Assembly (NCBI GenBank): GCA_050633245.1
Contig: JBOEGD010000018.1
Location: forward strand, 160,001 to 224,000
DNA length: 64,000 nucleotides
Origin: Calditrichia bacterium
Lineage (GTDB): Bacteria > Calditrichota > Calditrichia > RBG-13-44-9 > J075
Reading direction: 5' to 3'
The notes below the pieces were generated by a model, which had not been told where the DNA came from, ran no database searches, and saw only the letters and a program-made list of their open reading frames with translations. Every line of letters begins with the position of its first letter. The stretch's first letter is position 1. Made by a program: the position numbers and the translations under genes. Shown piece after piece: positions 29,698 to 38,446 of the stretch.

Positions 29698-29950
29698 TGC
29701 ATCGCCTTCTTTTCGCAAGCGCTTTGAAAAGGGTGAGCGGGTTTCTGGGCATGTGTTGCGTGAACTCCCCGACAATCAGGTAATTCTTCGCCTGAAGGGC
29801 AGCAATGTTATTGTGAGTTCAACTCTGAATATCAGAACCGGCATGCAATTGACAATGCGAGTAACACGCATTGGCGATACGTTGGAACTGAGTATAGAAA
29901 AAACGATACAAAAGCAAGACTTGCAGCCACCATTTTCCATCACTATTTAA
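29687..29950 (+). CDS. small beta-rich hypothetical protein
   Basis: 87 aa, overlaps the fliA stop; GERVSGHV..GMQLTMRV pattern. Confidence 0.6.
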   Translation: MIIDASPSFRKRFEKGERVSGHVLRELPDNQVILRLKGSNVIVSSTLNIRTGMQLTMRVTRIGDTLELSIEKTIQKQDLQPPFSITI

Positions 29951-29977
29951 CCTGTAACTACCAGCCATAACGTCAGG

Positions 29978-31135
29978 TTGTCTTGCATGAACACCGATTT
30001 ACTTCTGAATTCAATAGACCTTTTTGAACGATTCCCCGATATGCTTTTTATCTTTGATGAAGCAGGCGGCCTTCTGCGTCATAACAAAGCTGCATCAGAT
30101 ATGTGCGGTCTGGCTTCAACTAATATACCTCATATAACGTTCGAGGCACTTTTTAAAATGCAGGTGTGGCCGGAAGAATTTCCGGGTACTATCATCGATA
30201 AACAACCCGGACAAACCCTTACCATCCCGGCGCGAATCAGTGTTACCAGTATTCCATTGCCGGTTACATTGGTTTTGCAAAGCCTTAAATCAGCAGATGA
30301 TTCACAGAAGGGAATGCTGGTTGTCGCATATGACAATCGTATGCTCCGTGATCGCCATTTGAAAGACAGGAAGCAAATGTGGCATAGTCATCTGGCGAAG
30401 CGTATGCAGTTGCACCAGGATATTGCCTGCCTTACAGCACATGAATTTTCGCAACCGGTTGCTGTTCTGCGTCTTGAAGTTGATGGTATTTTGGCAAAAC
30501 TACACAATAGCGAGATGGATCAAAACAGTTACCAACTCATTCGATCATTAGATCCGATTCTATTAACACTTGAGCACTTGATTGCAGATCGTCGACAACA
30601 GCACGGAACTATATCTGAACATGGCTTTGAGGCCTTTGATTTATGTCCGATCTTACTTCAGGTTGAACACTTTTATCAGCATAGATTTCAGGCAAATAGC
30701 CTAAATTTTGTCTTTCAGCGAACTTTAAAAGAGGCTTTGATTTATGCAAATAGCCGGGTGCTATTGCATGTCATCATTGAAATTGTCAGTTTCTTTGAAA
30801 GAAAGGCATCCTTAAACCAATTTGCTACAGGTTCTACTCTCACACTGGGACTGACTGAATCAGACAACGGTTGCTTTATATTGGACATTCGTATGGAACG
30901 CGACTGTTTGACATGTTCGACTGAAATTAACACGGTATGGTCTGTTGAGCTGGAGTTGCTGATTGAAGGGAGTAAGGAGCTAATGGCAGCATTTGGAATC
31001 CTGGTTTATAGCACGAATGCTCAAAAGTGTTCCACGGTCGTTTTATCGCTGCCACAACACTTTACTGACGAACGTGAACATCTTAATTCAATGGTTGGTG
31101 AGATTGCCGAATACTGCGATACGGAAGGTGAATAA
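29978..31135 (+). CDS. PAS + DHp (H-box) protein with degenerate HATPase domain; pseudo-histidine kinase or phosphotransferase
   Basis: PAS start (FERFPDMLFIFDEAG..NKAA), H-box TAHEFSQP; N/G1/F/G2 boxes not recognisable. Confidence 0.6.
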   Translation: MSCMNTDLLLNSIDLFERFPDMLFIFDEAGGLLRHNKAASDMCGLASTNIPHITFEALFKMQVWPEEFPGTIIDKQPGQTLTIPARISVTSIPLPVTLVLQSLKSADDSQKGMLVVAYDNRMLRDRHLKDRKQMWHSHLAKRMQLHQDIACLTAHEFSQPVAVLRLEVDGILAKLHNSEMDQNSYQLIRSLDPILLTLEHLIADRRQQHGTISEHGFEAFDLCPILLQVEHFYQHRFQANSLNFVFQRTLKEALIYANSRVLLHVIIEIVSFFERKASLNQFATGSTLTLGLTESDNGCFILDIRMERDCLTCSTEINTVWSVELELLIEGSKELMAAFGILVYSTNAQKCSTVVLSLPQHFTDEREHLNSMVGEIAEYCDTEGE

Positions 31136-31136
31136 C

Positions 31137-31850
31137 ATGACAAAACCGGAAGCAATTTCTTCTGCTCGTCTCAAAGACCTCTCAATAAAACTTCAGGATC
31201 TTTCACGGAAACCTGGGCAGGATTTTTGGAAAGCGCTTATTAAGGCCGTTCGCAACTATATTCCATATGATTGCTGCACGCTAACGGGTTTGGAAGGTTT
31301 GGAACATTCGGACTTTGTCGTGCTTAGTCAGTGGGGAGAAAAAGCTGTAGAATTCCTCGATTCGAATGATACCTTCAGTTCCGAAAAAGGCATTGCATAT
31401 GCGTTACGCTGTGGCAACCCAATTGTTATAAATTCCGAAGCTATCGGTGCCGGGCAATTTTGCTCTACACTGTTTTTACCTCTTCTGTTTGCGAAGATGC
31501 CTTTGGGAATTTTGAAATTCGGTTCCTACCTCACAGGCACGTATTCTATGGTTTTGCGCGAGAGCTATTTACAAACAGCTACAGGAATAGCCTCGGCATC
31601 ATACTGTTACTATCTTCACCAACAGCTTAACTCGCGCGAAAAACAGGTGGATAGTTTACTATTACGCATTAACAACTCTCAACCGGAACCTGCTTCCCTG
31701 ACTCCATCCTCACAGCTTTTGGCGGTGCAAAAACTTACTGCGCTGTTACCCCATATTGTAGAGAGCCGCAATCAAAAAAAATTGCGTCAGGTGGCTCAGT
31801 TGCTTTCAAAAAGCGTAGATAAAATAATGCTTGAAGCCGCTACCGAGTAG
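31137..31850 (+). CDS. GAF-domain protein
   Basis: IPYDCCTL, GIAYALRCGNPIVIN, STLFLPL..LGILKFGS..YS; ATG follows the upstream stop by 1 nt. Confidence 0.65.
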   Translation: MTKPEAISSARLKDLSIKLQDLSRKPGQDFWKALIKAVRNYIPYDCCTLTGLEGLEHSDFVVLSQWGEKAVEFLDSNDTFSSEKGIAYALRCGNPIVINSEAIGAGQFCSTLFLPLLFAKMPLGILKFGSYLTGTYSMVLRESYLQTATGIASASYCYYLHQQLNSREKQVDSLLLRINNSQPEPASLTPSSQLLAVQKLTALLPHIVESRNQKKLRQVAQLLSKSVDKIMLEAATE

Positions 31851-31898
31851 CTTCCTTTACATCACTTTATAGAAAATACTTCCTACCGACTACCCAAC

Positions 31899-31957
31899 CG
31901 GACAGTTTTTCCTCCAGAGCGGCAAAAAGTGCAGTACAGATGCGGCAATATTGCATG
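31899..31957 (+). promoter_or_regulatory. putative enhancer boxes upstream of flgF
   Basis: CGGACAGTTTTTCCT (31899), CGGCAAAAAGTGCAG (31920), CGGCAATATTGCATG (31943); 21-23 bp spacing. Confidence 0.5.
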
Positions 31958-32024
31958 AGCTTGTTCATTTCTTTTGCTCTAAGGTTCTTTTAAACAGTGG
32001 TTTAGGTTGTTTTGTGTCTTCCTC

Positions 32025-32040
32025 TGGCATAGAGCTTGCT
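32025..32040 (+). promoter_or_regulatory. sigma54 promoter of the flgF operon
   Basis: TGGCAT-AGAGC-TTGCT. Confidence 0.88.
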
Positions 32041-32062
32041 CTAAAGCAGATAGAATAACCAA

Positions 32063-32794
32063 ATGCCGAAAGACATGCGTATGAACATGGAACTTGCAAA
32101 GTTGAAGGCCTCGCTGATCGGGCAGGTACGCAAAAATGAAATTGTGGCTAATAATTTAGCCAACATTAATACCACCGGTTTTAAGAAGGATCGCCTATTC
32201 CTTGAACTGCTGGAGGGCGATGAAACTGCCGGCGAAAAGGTTAATTTTCGCACTGATTTTCGCACCGGTCAGCTTCAAACAACTGATAACCCTCTGGATG
32301 TGGCAATCGCCGGAGAAGGTTACCTTGTTGTTGAAGAGGACTCCGGAGAAACCGCTTTAACAAGAAACGGACATCTGCGAATATCAGCAGATGGTCGGCT
32401 TGAAACTGCTGATGGCAAGCCGGTTCTTGGAGAAAACGGCTGGATTCAGGTTACAAGCCCTGATGCAATCCTGGCAGATTTTACGATTACTCAAAGTGGT
32501 GAAATTTATGCAAACGAGCAGTTTTTGGATCGGTTGCAACTGGTAAATTATGAGAACCCTGAATCATTGATAAAGCTGGGTGGTAATTTATTTCAAGCTA
32601 CGGATGAGTCTGTGCCCATGTTGATTGGGGATTCGCAGGTTCAGCAGGGATTTTTAGAAAATTCCAATGTAAACCCGGTTGAGGAAATGGTGCAATTGGT
32701 AGAACTTCAGCGGCAGTTCGAAAGCGTACAACGAATGGTTCGGTCGCTCGATGACACATTTAAACTTGCTGCAAATCAGGTAGGAAAAGTCTAA
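32063..32794 (+). CDS. flgF: basal-body rod protein FlgF
   Basis: ANNLANINTTGFKKD, TDNPLDVAI.GEG, LENSNVNPVEEM; precedes flgG. Confidence 0.9.
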   Translation: MPKDMRMNMELAKLKASLIGQVRKNEIVANNLANINTTGFKKDRLFLELLEGDETAGEKVNFRTDFRTGQLQTTDNPLDVAIAGEGYLVVEEDSGETALTRNGHLRISADGRLETADGKPVLGENGWIQVTSPDAILADFTITQSGEIYANEQFLDRLQLVNYENPESLIKLGGNLFQATDESVPMLIGDSQVQQGFLENSNVNPVEEMVQLVELQRQFESVQRMVRSLDDTFKLAANQVGKV

Positions 32795-32811
32795 ATCGAA
32801 AGGGAAACAGG

Positions 32812-33600
32812 ATGTTCCGCGCACTAAAGACATCAGCTCTGGGCATGACAGCTCAACAATTAAATGTCGATGTAATTGCTAATAATTTGGCAAATGTCAA
32901 TACAACGGGTTTTAAAAAAAGCAGTATTGAATTTCAGGATCTTTTATATGAAACAGCCCAGGCAGGTAGCGAAATCTCTCAGCAGGGTTTTGAGAAGCCG
33001 TCCAGCGTCCAGGTTGGGCTTGGAAATCGCCCGATTTCAACATTCCGTTCCTTTTCACAGGGCAATGTAAGTCAAACGGATAATCCTCTGGATGTGGCGA
33101 TTAGCGGTAAAGGCTTCTTTCAGGTTTTGAAGCCGGATGGAACGGTTATGTATACTCGTGATGGTGCCTTCAAAATCAATGCATCCGGGAACTTGGTAAC
33201 GAATTCCGGCCTGCGCGTATTTCCGGAAATTACTGTATCTCAAAGTGCTGTTCGCCTGTCCATAGGGCAAGACGGTATGGTTTACGCAGAATATGCCGGG
33301 AATGTCGAAGCAGAAGAACTCGGACAGATAGAATTAGCAGGATTTATGAACCCGGCAGGTCTCAGAGCCGTTGGGGGAAATCTGTATGAGGCAACGGAAG
33401 CTTCCGGAGATCCGATCTCGGAGGTTCCCGGTGCAGATGATATGGGGCTTCTCCTTCAAGGGCATCTGGAGAAATCGAACGTAGATGTTGCGCAGGAGAT
33501 GATTGACCTTATTGTGGCACAACGCGCGTTTGAGGTAAATACTAAAGCAATTAAGACTGCAGACGAAATGTTAGCTATGACCAACAATTTGAAGCGATAA
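32812..33600 (+). CDS. flgG: distal rod protein FlgG
   Basis: ANNLANVNTTGFKK..FQDLLY, YTRDGAF, LEKSNVD..AQRAFE.N. Confidence 0.96.
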   Translation: MFRALKTSALGMTAQQLNVDVIANNLANVNTTGFKKSSIEFQDLLYETAQAGSEISQQGFEKPSSVQVGLGNRPISTFRSFSQGNVSQTDNPLDVAISGKGFFQVLKPDGTVMYTRDGAFKINASGNLVTNSGLRVFPEITVSQSAVRLSIGQDGMVYAEYAGNVEAEELGQIELAGFMNPAGLRAVGGNLYEATEASGDPISEVPGADDMGLLLQGHLEKSNVDVAQEMIDLIVAQRAFEVNTKAIKTADEMLAMTNNLKR

Positions 33601-33647
33601 GATAATGCAGCCTCAGGGAGATTCGAGGCTGAGAATTAATAGGGATA

Positions 33648-34391
33648 TTGATGACATTTTTAAAGCAAATAAAGGTTGGTTGGTCACCGAGCCGATCGCT
33701 TTTGCAAAAAATATTTTTTTTGTTGATTGGCTGTTGCTCTTGGCAACTGCATGCTGATCAGGCGCTCGATAAACGCGTCTTGGGCTTGTTGAAGCCACAA
33801 CTTGCAAAAAATCTCTCCGTCCACCCGGGCAAAATTGAGCTCACGTTGCTCCGCTCGTCACCTACTTCGCTGGGGTTTACACCTACAGATGAGATCTCAT
33901 TTATAGCAAAGCAAAAGCGTTCTGAGGCCGGGCAACAGGTCTATGAAGTGCATTTGGTACATCTCGACCGAGCGGTCAGCACCTTTATAGTCATCATAAA
34001 AGTGGCGCTGTGGCGTCGTGCAGTTATTGCAAAACGTGAGATCCTGCCGGGTGAAATTCTTCAACAGGATATGCTGACTATTCAGGATGTTCTGATGGAT
34101 AGGAAAAGCAGTGCAGCAAGTGATTCGCTGGCTCTATTTCTCGGGAAAAAATCTCTGGCGCGAATTCGTATGGGAGAGCTTGTGCCGAAAAATATGATAC
34201 GTACACCGCCATTAATACAGAGAGGCGATGAAGTTGTCGCTGAATTTAAGCATGGCAATCTTACGATTTCTGCAATAGCAATTGCACGAAAAAGTGGGAG
34301 GTTGGGAGATAAAATAGATCTGACTTGTAAAGATACCGGACAACGTTTGAGGGGAATTATCAGAAGTGCAAATCAGGTCGTAATCAATTAA
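33648..34391 (+). CDS. flgA: P-ring chaperone FlgA
   Basis: SAF domain (VIAKREILPGEIL), PPLIQRGDEV..G..GDKI. Confidence 0.85.
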   Translation: MMTFLKQIKVGWSPSRSLLQKIFFLLIGCCSWQLHADQALDKRVLGLLKPQLAKNLSVHPGKIELTLLRSSPTSLGFTPTDEISFIAKQKRSEAGQQVYEVHLVHLDRAVSTFIVIIKVALWRRAVIAKREILPGEILQQDMLTIQDVLMDRKSSAASDSLALFLGKKSLARIRMGELVPKNMIRTPPLIQRGDEVVAEFKHGNLTISAIAIARKSGRLGDKIDLTCKDTGQRLRGIIRSANQVVIN

Positions 34392-34401
34392 GGAGCACAG
34401 T

Positions 34402-35019
34402 ATGAAACGCGTACCATGCATCGCATTGCTATTTCTTGCTTTGAATTTAAATTCGCTTACCGCGCAACAGACATCCTTGTATTCAGATGTCAAGGCCCAT
34501 CAGGTCGGCGACATAATAACCGTTATAATTGTTGAATCATCTGCTGCTCAGCGAGGATCGAGCAAAAACAACTCTACCGATGCAAGTGCGAAGGTTCGTG
34601 GCTCTGTGAGCGGTGATGTCTTTGGGAGTTCACCATCACTGGGAATATCCAGCTCACGAGGCTCCGCATACGATCAGCAAGAGATGAGCGATCAACAGGA
34701 GCAGCTTAGCGGACGGATCGCCGTTCAAATTCTGGAAAAAACCGATGGTGGTCTATTGCGAATTCAAGGTGAAAGAAAAATTGAAGTTAATGGCGAGACG
34801 AATGCTATCCGACTGACCGGATTCGTACGCCCTCGCGATATCGCTGCGACCAATCATGTTTATTCGTATCACATCGCAGATGCAAAAATAGCCTATCAGC
34901 GTCCCGGGATAAAAAAGAAATTCGGTGGTTTTTTTAGTTCGCTTATCCGCCCTGCTGTATGGGGTGTTGTTATTGCCGCAGCAATTGGCAGTCTTAGTTT
35001 CGCCGCTGCGGCTCAATAA
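34402..35019 (+). CDS. flgH: L-ring protein FlgH, atypical termini
   Basis: LYSDVKAHQVGDIITVII.E, G.VRPRDI..N.V.S..IADA.I.Y. Confidence 0.9.
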   Translation: MKRVPCIALLFLALNLNSLTAQQTSLYSDVKAHQVGDIITVIIVESSAAQRGSSKNNSTDASAKVRGSVSGDVFGSSPSLGISSSRGSAYDQQEMSDQQEQLSGRIAVQILEKTDGGLLRIQGERKIEVNGETNAIRLTGFVRPRDIAATNHVYSYHIADAKIAYQRPGIKKKFGGFFSSLIRPAVWGVVIAAAIGSLSFAAAAQ

Positions 35020-35042
35020 TCATTTGGTAATGGAAGTGGGAT

Positions 35043-36173
35043 ATGAAGCATATACTCATTGTTAGTTTATTGTCGTTCTTAGTGGCCGGGCTTTTTGCTC
35101 AGAGTCCTGTACGAATAAAAGATATTGCAACGGTGGAAACGACCGGCAGCATTTCTCTAATCGGATACGGATTGGTTGTTGGTCTCGACGGGAGTGGAGA
35201 TCGCAGCGGTGGGAGGCGCGGATCTATATTTACAGTGCAGTCAATAAGCAACATGTTGGAGAAGTTTGGAATCACGGTACCCGCTGCACAGCTTCGTACA
35301 CGTAATGCTGCCTCGGTAATGGTAACGGCTACTGTTCCACCCTTTGCCAGAAGTGGTGTGCCGTTTGATGTGACCATATCCTCACTCGGTGATGCAAAAA
35401 GCCTTGAAGGAGGCATTCTTCTGATGACGCCCCTGATGTCCGGTGAGGGAAAGCAATACGGAATGGCTCAGGGCGCCGTTAGTATCGGCGGATATAATAT
35501 CGTTACAGGAGCAGGGGAACGGGTTAAGAAAAACCATGCGCTGGTTGGACGCCTGCCGGGCGGTGGCGTATTAACGATACCAACTGCACCATCGGCTGAT
35601 GCTGTGGATGGCCCTCTTTTTATGAATTTGGAAATACCTGATTTTGTTACAGCCAGCCGCGTTGCCCAAGCAGTAAATGACGCAATATCTACTGCAGATA
35701 ATGAACTGGCGAAAGCCATTAGTCCGCGAACAGTTGAGATTTCTTTGCCCGATTCGGTGAACGAACAGTCCGGATTAATTAATTTAATAGCAATGATCGA
35801 ATTACTAACCGTGCAGCCGGACGTTGAAGCGAAAGTTGTTATAAATGAGCGAACCGGTACTATCGTTGCGGGAGGAAATGTTACGGTGGGAGAAGTACTC
35901 ATCTCGCATGGTAACCTGACCATTCACACCCGCCGTTCTCCGGTGATTTCACAACCTGCAGCTTTTGGAGGTGGTCAGACAGTTGTTGATCAGATTACCG
36001 AAACGACGGCTGAAGAAGATGGAAACCCGGCAGTTGTTGTGCCGGAAAACACAACTGTCAGCGACCTTGCTGCCTCACTTAATCGTTTGGGAGTGAAACC
36101 AAGAGACCTAATCGCAATTTTTCAGGCAATAGACCATGCCGGAGCACTTCGTGCAAAATTGGAAATATTTTAG
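35043..36173 (+). CDS. flgI: P-ring protein FlgI
   Basis: RIKDIA, LIGYGLVVGLDGSGD, GDAKSLEGG.LL.TPL, INERTGTIV. Confidence 0.96.
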   Translation: MKHILIVSLLSFLVAGLFAQSPVRIKDIATVETTGSISLIGYGLVVGLDGSGDRSGGRRGSIFTVQSISNMLEKFGITVPAAQLRTRNAASVMVTATVPPFARSGVPFDVTISSLGDAKSLEGGILLMTPLMSGEGKQYGMAQGAVSIGGYNIVTGAGERVKKNHALVGRLPGGGVLTIPTAPSADAVDGPLFMNLEIPDFVTASRVAQAVNDAISTADNELAKAISPRTVEISLPDSVNEQSGLINLIAMIELLTVQPDVEAKVVINERTGTIVAGGNVTVGEVLISHGNLTIHTRRSPVISQPAAFGGGQTVVDQITETTAEEDGNPAVVVPENTTVSDLAASLNRLGVKPRDLIAIFQAIDHAGALRAKLEIF

Positions 36174-36180
36174 AGGAACT

Positions 36181-36531
36181 ATGAAGATAGACAATTCACT
36201 TCCGATAATTAATACACTACAAATCAGAAATACCGGTGAACAGGGACGCTCGAAAGAAGCCGGTGAAAAGCTGGAGAGTGTATTTATTGCAATGCTGGTC
36301 AAGGCAATGGAGAAGACACTTCCGGGAGGTTCGTTTGCAGGATCTTCCTCAGGGCTTGCCGGAATGATGTTTGCCAACACATTGGCAGATGCCATAGCCA
36401 GTCAAGGAGGATTGGGATTTGCTGATTCTGTAGCTGAGTCGATGAATTTAAATAACGTCGAGACGCTGAACGAACTTGAAGTGCCGGCCACAATGCGAGC
36501 GTTAAGGCAGTTAAACGGTAATATGCCATGA
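36181..36531 (+). CDS. flgJ: FlgJ, rod-binding domain only (no muramidase)
   Basis: KLESVFIAMLVKAM..LADAIA..GGLGFAD; 116 aa; GAGG SD. Confidence 0.85.
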   Translation: MKIDNSLPIINTLQIRNTGEQGRSKEAGEKLESVFIAMLVKAMEKTLPGGSFAGSSSGLAGMMFANTLADAIASQGGLGFADSVAESMNLNNVETLNELEVPATMRALRQLNGNMP

Positions 36532-36544
36532 AAGGCTGAATACT

Positions 36545-37054
36545 ATGAAACGACAAGGACGTGATCAGAACGATTGGGTAAAGGCTATTTCTCTCCTGAA
36601 GAAGATTGTACAGGATAATCAGGCTTTGCTCAGATTGATTGAGCAAAAACGTGAGGTTTTGCTCCGCGGTGATGTGAAAGAACTACGTCAGATAGCAGCA
36701 AAGGAAGAGGGGCTTCTTGTAACCCTAAGCACAAAACTTCGCGATTATCGCGACAGTCCGGATTTACCCGGTGCCATAAGCTCTGATGAGGCTGTGCAAT
36801 TGTCGAAGCGCTTTAGTAATGCTCCACCAGAGGTGAAAAAGGCTGGTGAGGAAAATCAGCAGGAACTATCAAAGGTTGTATCGAGAATTAATTTTATAAA
36901 TCGCCAGAATCGCGATCTGCTTAGAGTATCTATGGAAGTAACCGGTAATGTGTTGGATGCACTGAACCCCATGAGACATTCATCGACGATGTATGAATCC
37001 AGCGGTAACATGCAATATGGTATCAAAAAAGGAATTTTGGACAAAATAACTTGA
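36545..37054 (+). CDS. flgN: flagellar chaperone FlgN
   Basis: Helical protein with N..NR.LL motif and C-terminal Y...G; precedes flgK. Confidence 0.8.
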   Translation: MKRQGRDQNDWVKAISLLKKIVQDNQALLRLIEQKREVLLRGDVKELRQIAAKEEGLLVTLSTKLRDYRDSPDLPGAISSDEAVQLSKRFSNAPPEVKKAGEENQQELSKVVSRINFINRQNRDLLRVSMEVTGNVLDALNPMRHSSTMYESSGNMQYGIKKGILDKIT

Positions 37055-37061
37055 GGGAACT

Positions 37062-38408
37062 ATGGCAATATCAAGATTACTTGAGGTAGGGAAGCGCTCA
37101 CTGATCTCTTCACAGAGTGCGATCAATACGACAGCAAATAATATTGCGAACGTTAATACTCCCGGCTATACGCGTCGCAGGACTAATTTATATAATGTAA
37201 CGCTGAACGGGCAAATTGGCATCGGTGTTTCTGCCGACGATATTAGTCGAATTCATCAGGGCTTTGTTGATCAACAATTATGGAAAGAGAATCACGGCCT
37301 GGGCAATTATGAAACCCGTTCACGAGTATTAAGTCAGATGGAAGCGGCTTTCGCCGATTCTTCTGATGCCGGTATTCGAACTGCGCTGGAAGAGTTTTGG
37401 AGTAGTTGGAACGATTTAGCCGACGATCCGGAAAGTGGCGCTGCACGTGAAATTGTTCGGAGCCATGGGGAAAAACTGGCTCGTTCGTTTAACAATACTC
37501 ACAGTAGTCTGCGTACGCAGCAACAGCAATCTGTTCGGGAACTGGAATTGCAAATTGATGATGTAAATCTTCTGACAAGCCGGATTGCCTCACTCAATAC
37601 TGAAATCACAAGATCTAACACCCCCGATCTGCTTGACGAGAGGGACCGCTTGATTTCCGATTTGTCTGCAAAGATTAATATAAACGTGCGTGAAGGTGAT
37701 AACGGCGCACTTAATCTTTCTGTTAACGGAATCAATTTGGTAAGCGGTGGTGAGTCTCTTGATTTACATTCGACAACACAAAGCGAGAATGGTCTTTTGA
37801 GTACAGCTATAACCGTTGCCGATTTTGAGAAACCATTAGAAGGACTATCCGGAGAAGCCGGCGCATTGCTGGATCTGGTAAATAATCAAATTTCGGGGTA
37901 TTTGCAAAAATTGGATACCCTTGCAAGTGGAGTAGCAGAAAGTGTGAACGCACTTCATGTTAATGGAATGAATTTGGATGATATAACCGGATTGAACTTT
38001 TTCGCCAATGCCGCAAATGGGGCAGCAGCAATCGAGGTGGCCCCGGAAATTTTGGCAGATGCCGGACTTATTGCCACGCGAACCGCCGGTAGCGGCAGCG
38101 GGAATAATGACATTGCAAGACAAATAAATGAATTGCAGTACGATAACAGCTTTGATAGTCAAACTGCCGCCGGTTTTTTCTCGGAAATGCTTAGCGGGCT
38201 TGGGAACCAACTTCAGGAGTCTCGTGCCCAGGAAAATAGCCAGCAGCTGATAACCGGCGAACTTTTGAGTCAAAAGACCTCGATCTCTGGTGTCTCTCTG
38301 GATGAAGAAATGACCCAACTTGTGCAATACGAACAGTCCTATGAGGCCGCGGCACGATTAGTTAGAACTGTTGATGAGCTCATGGATACGCTGCTAAGCA
38401 TTGTATAA
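37062..38408 (+). CDS. flgK: hook-associated protein FlgK
   Basis: NNIANVNTPGYTR, LLDERD.LI..LS, SGVSLDEEM..L..Y. Confidence 0.95.
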   Translation: MAISRLLEVGKRSLISSQSAINTTANNIANVNTPGYTRRRTNLYNVTLNGQIGIGVSADDISRIHQGFVDQQLWKENHGLGNYETRSRVLSQMEAAFADSSDAGIRTALEEFWSSWNDLADDPESGAAREIVRSHGEKLARSFNNTHSSLRTQQQQSVRELELQIDDVNLLTSRIASLNTEITRSNTPDLLDERDRLISDLSAKININVREGDNGALNLSVNGINLVSGGESLDLHSTTQSENGLLSTAITVADFEKPLEGLSGEAGALLDLVNNQISGYLQKLDTLASGVAESVNALHVNGMNLDDITGLNFFANAANGAAAIEVAPEILADAGLIATRTAGSGSGNNDIARQINELQYDNSFDSQTAAGFFSEMLSGLGNQLQESRAQENSQQLITGELLSQKTSISGVSLDEEMTQLVQYEQSYEAAARLVRTVDELMDTLLSIV

Positions 38409-38446
38409 CAGGAATATTTATAACCTTAAGGATTGAGGAAAATAAA

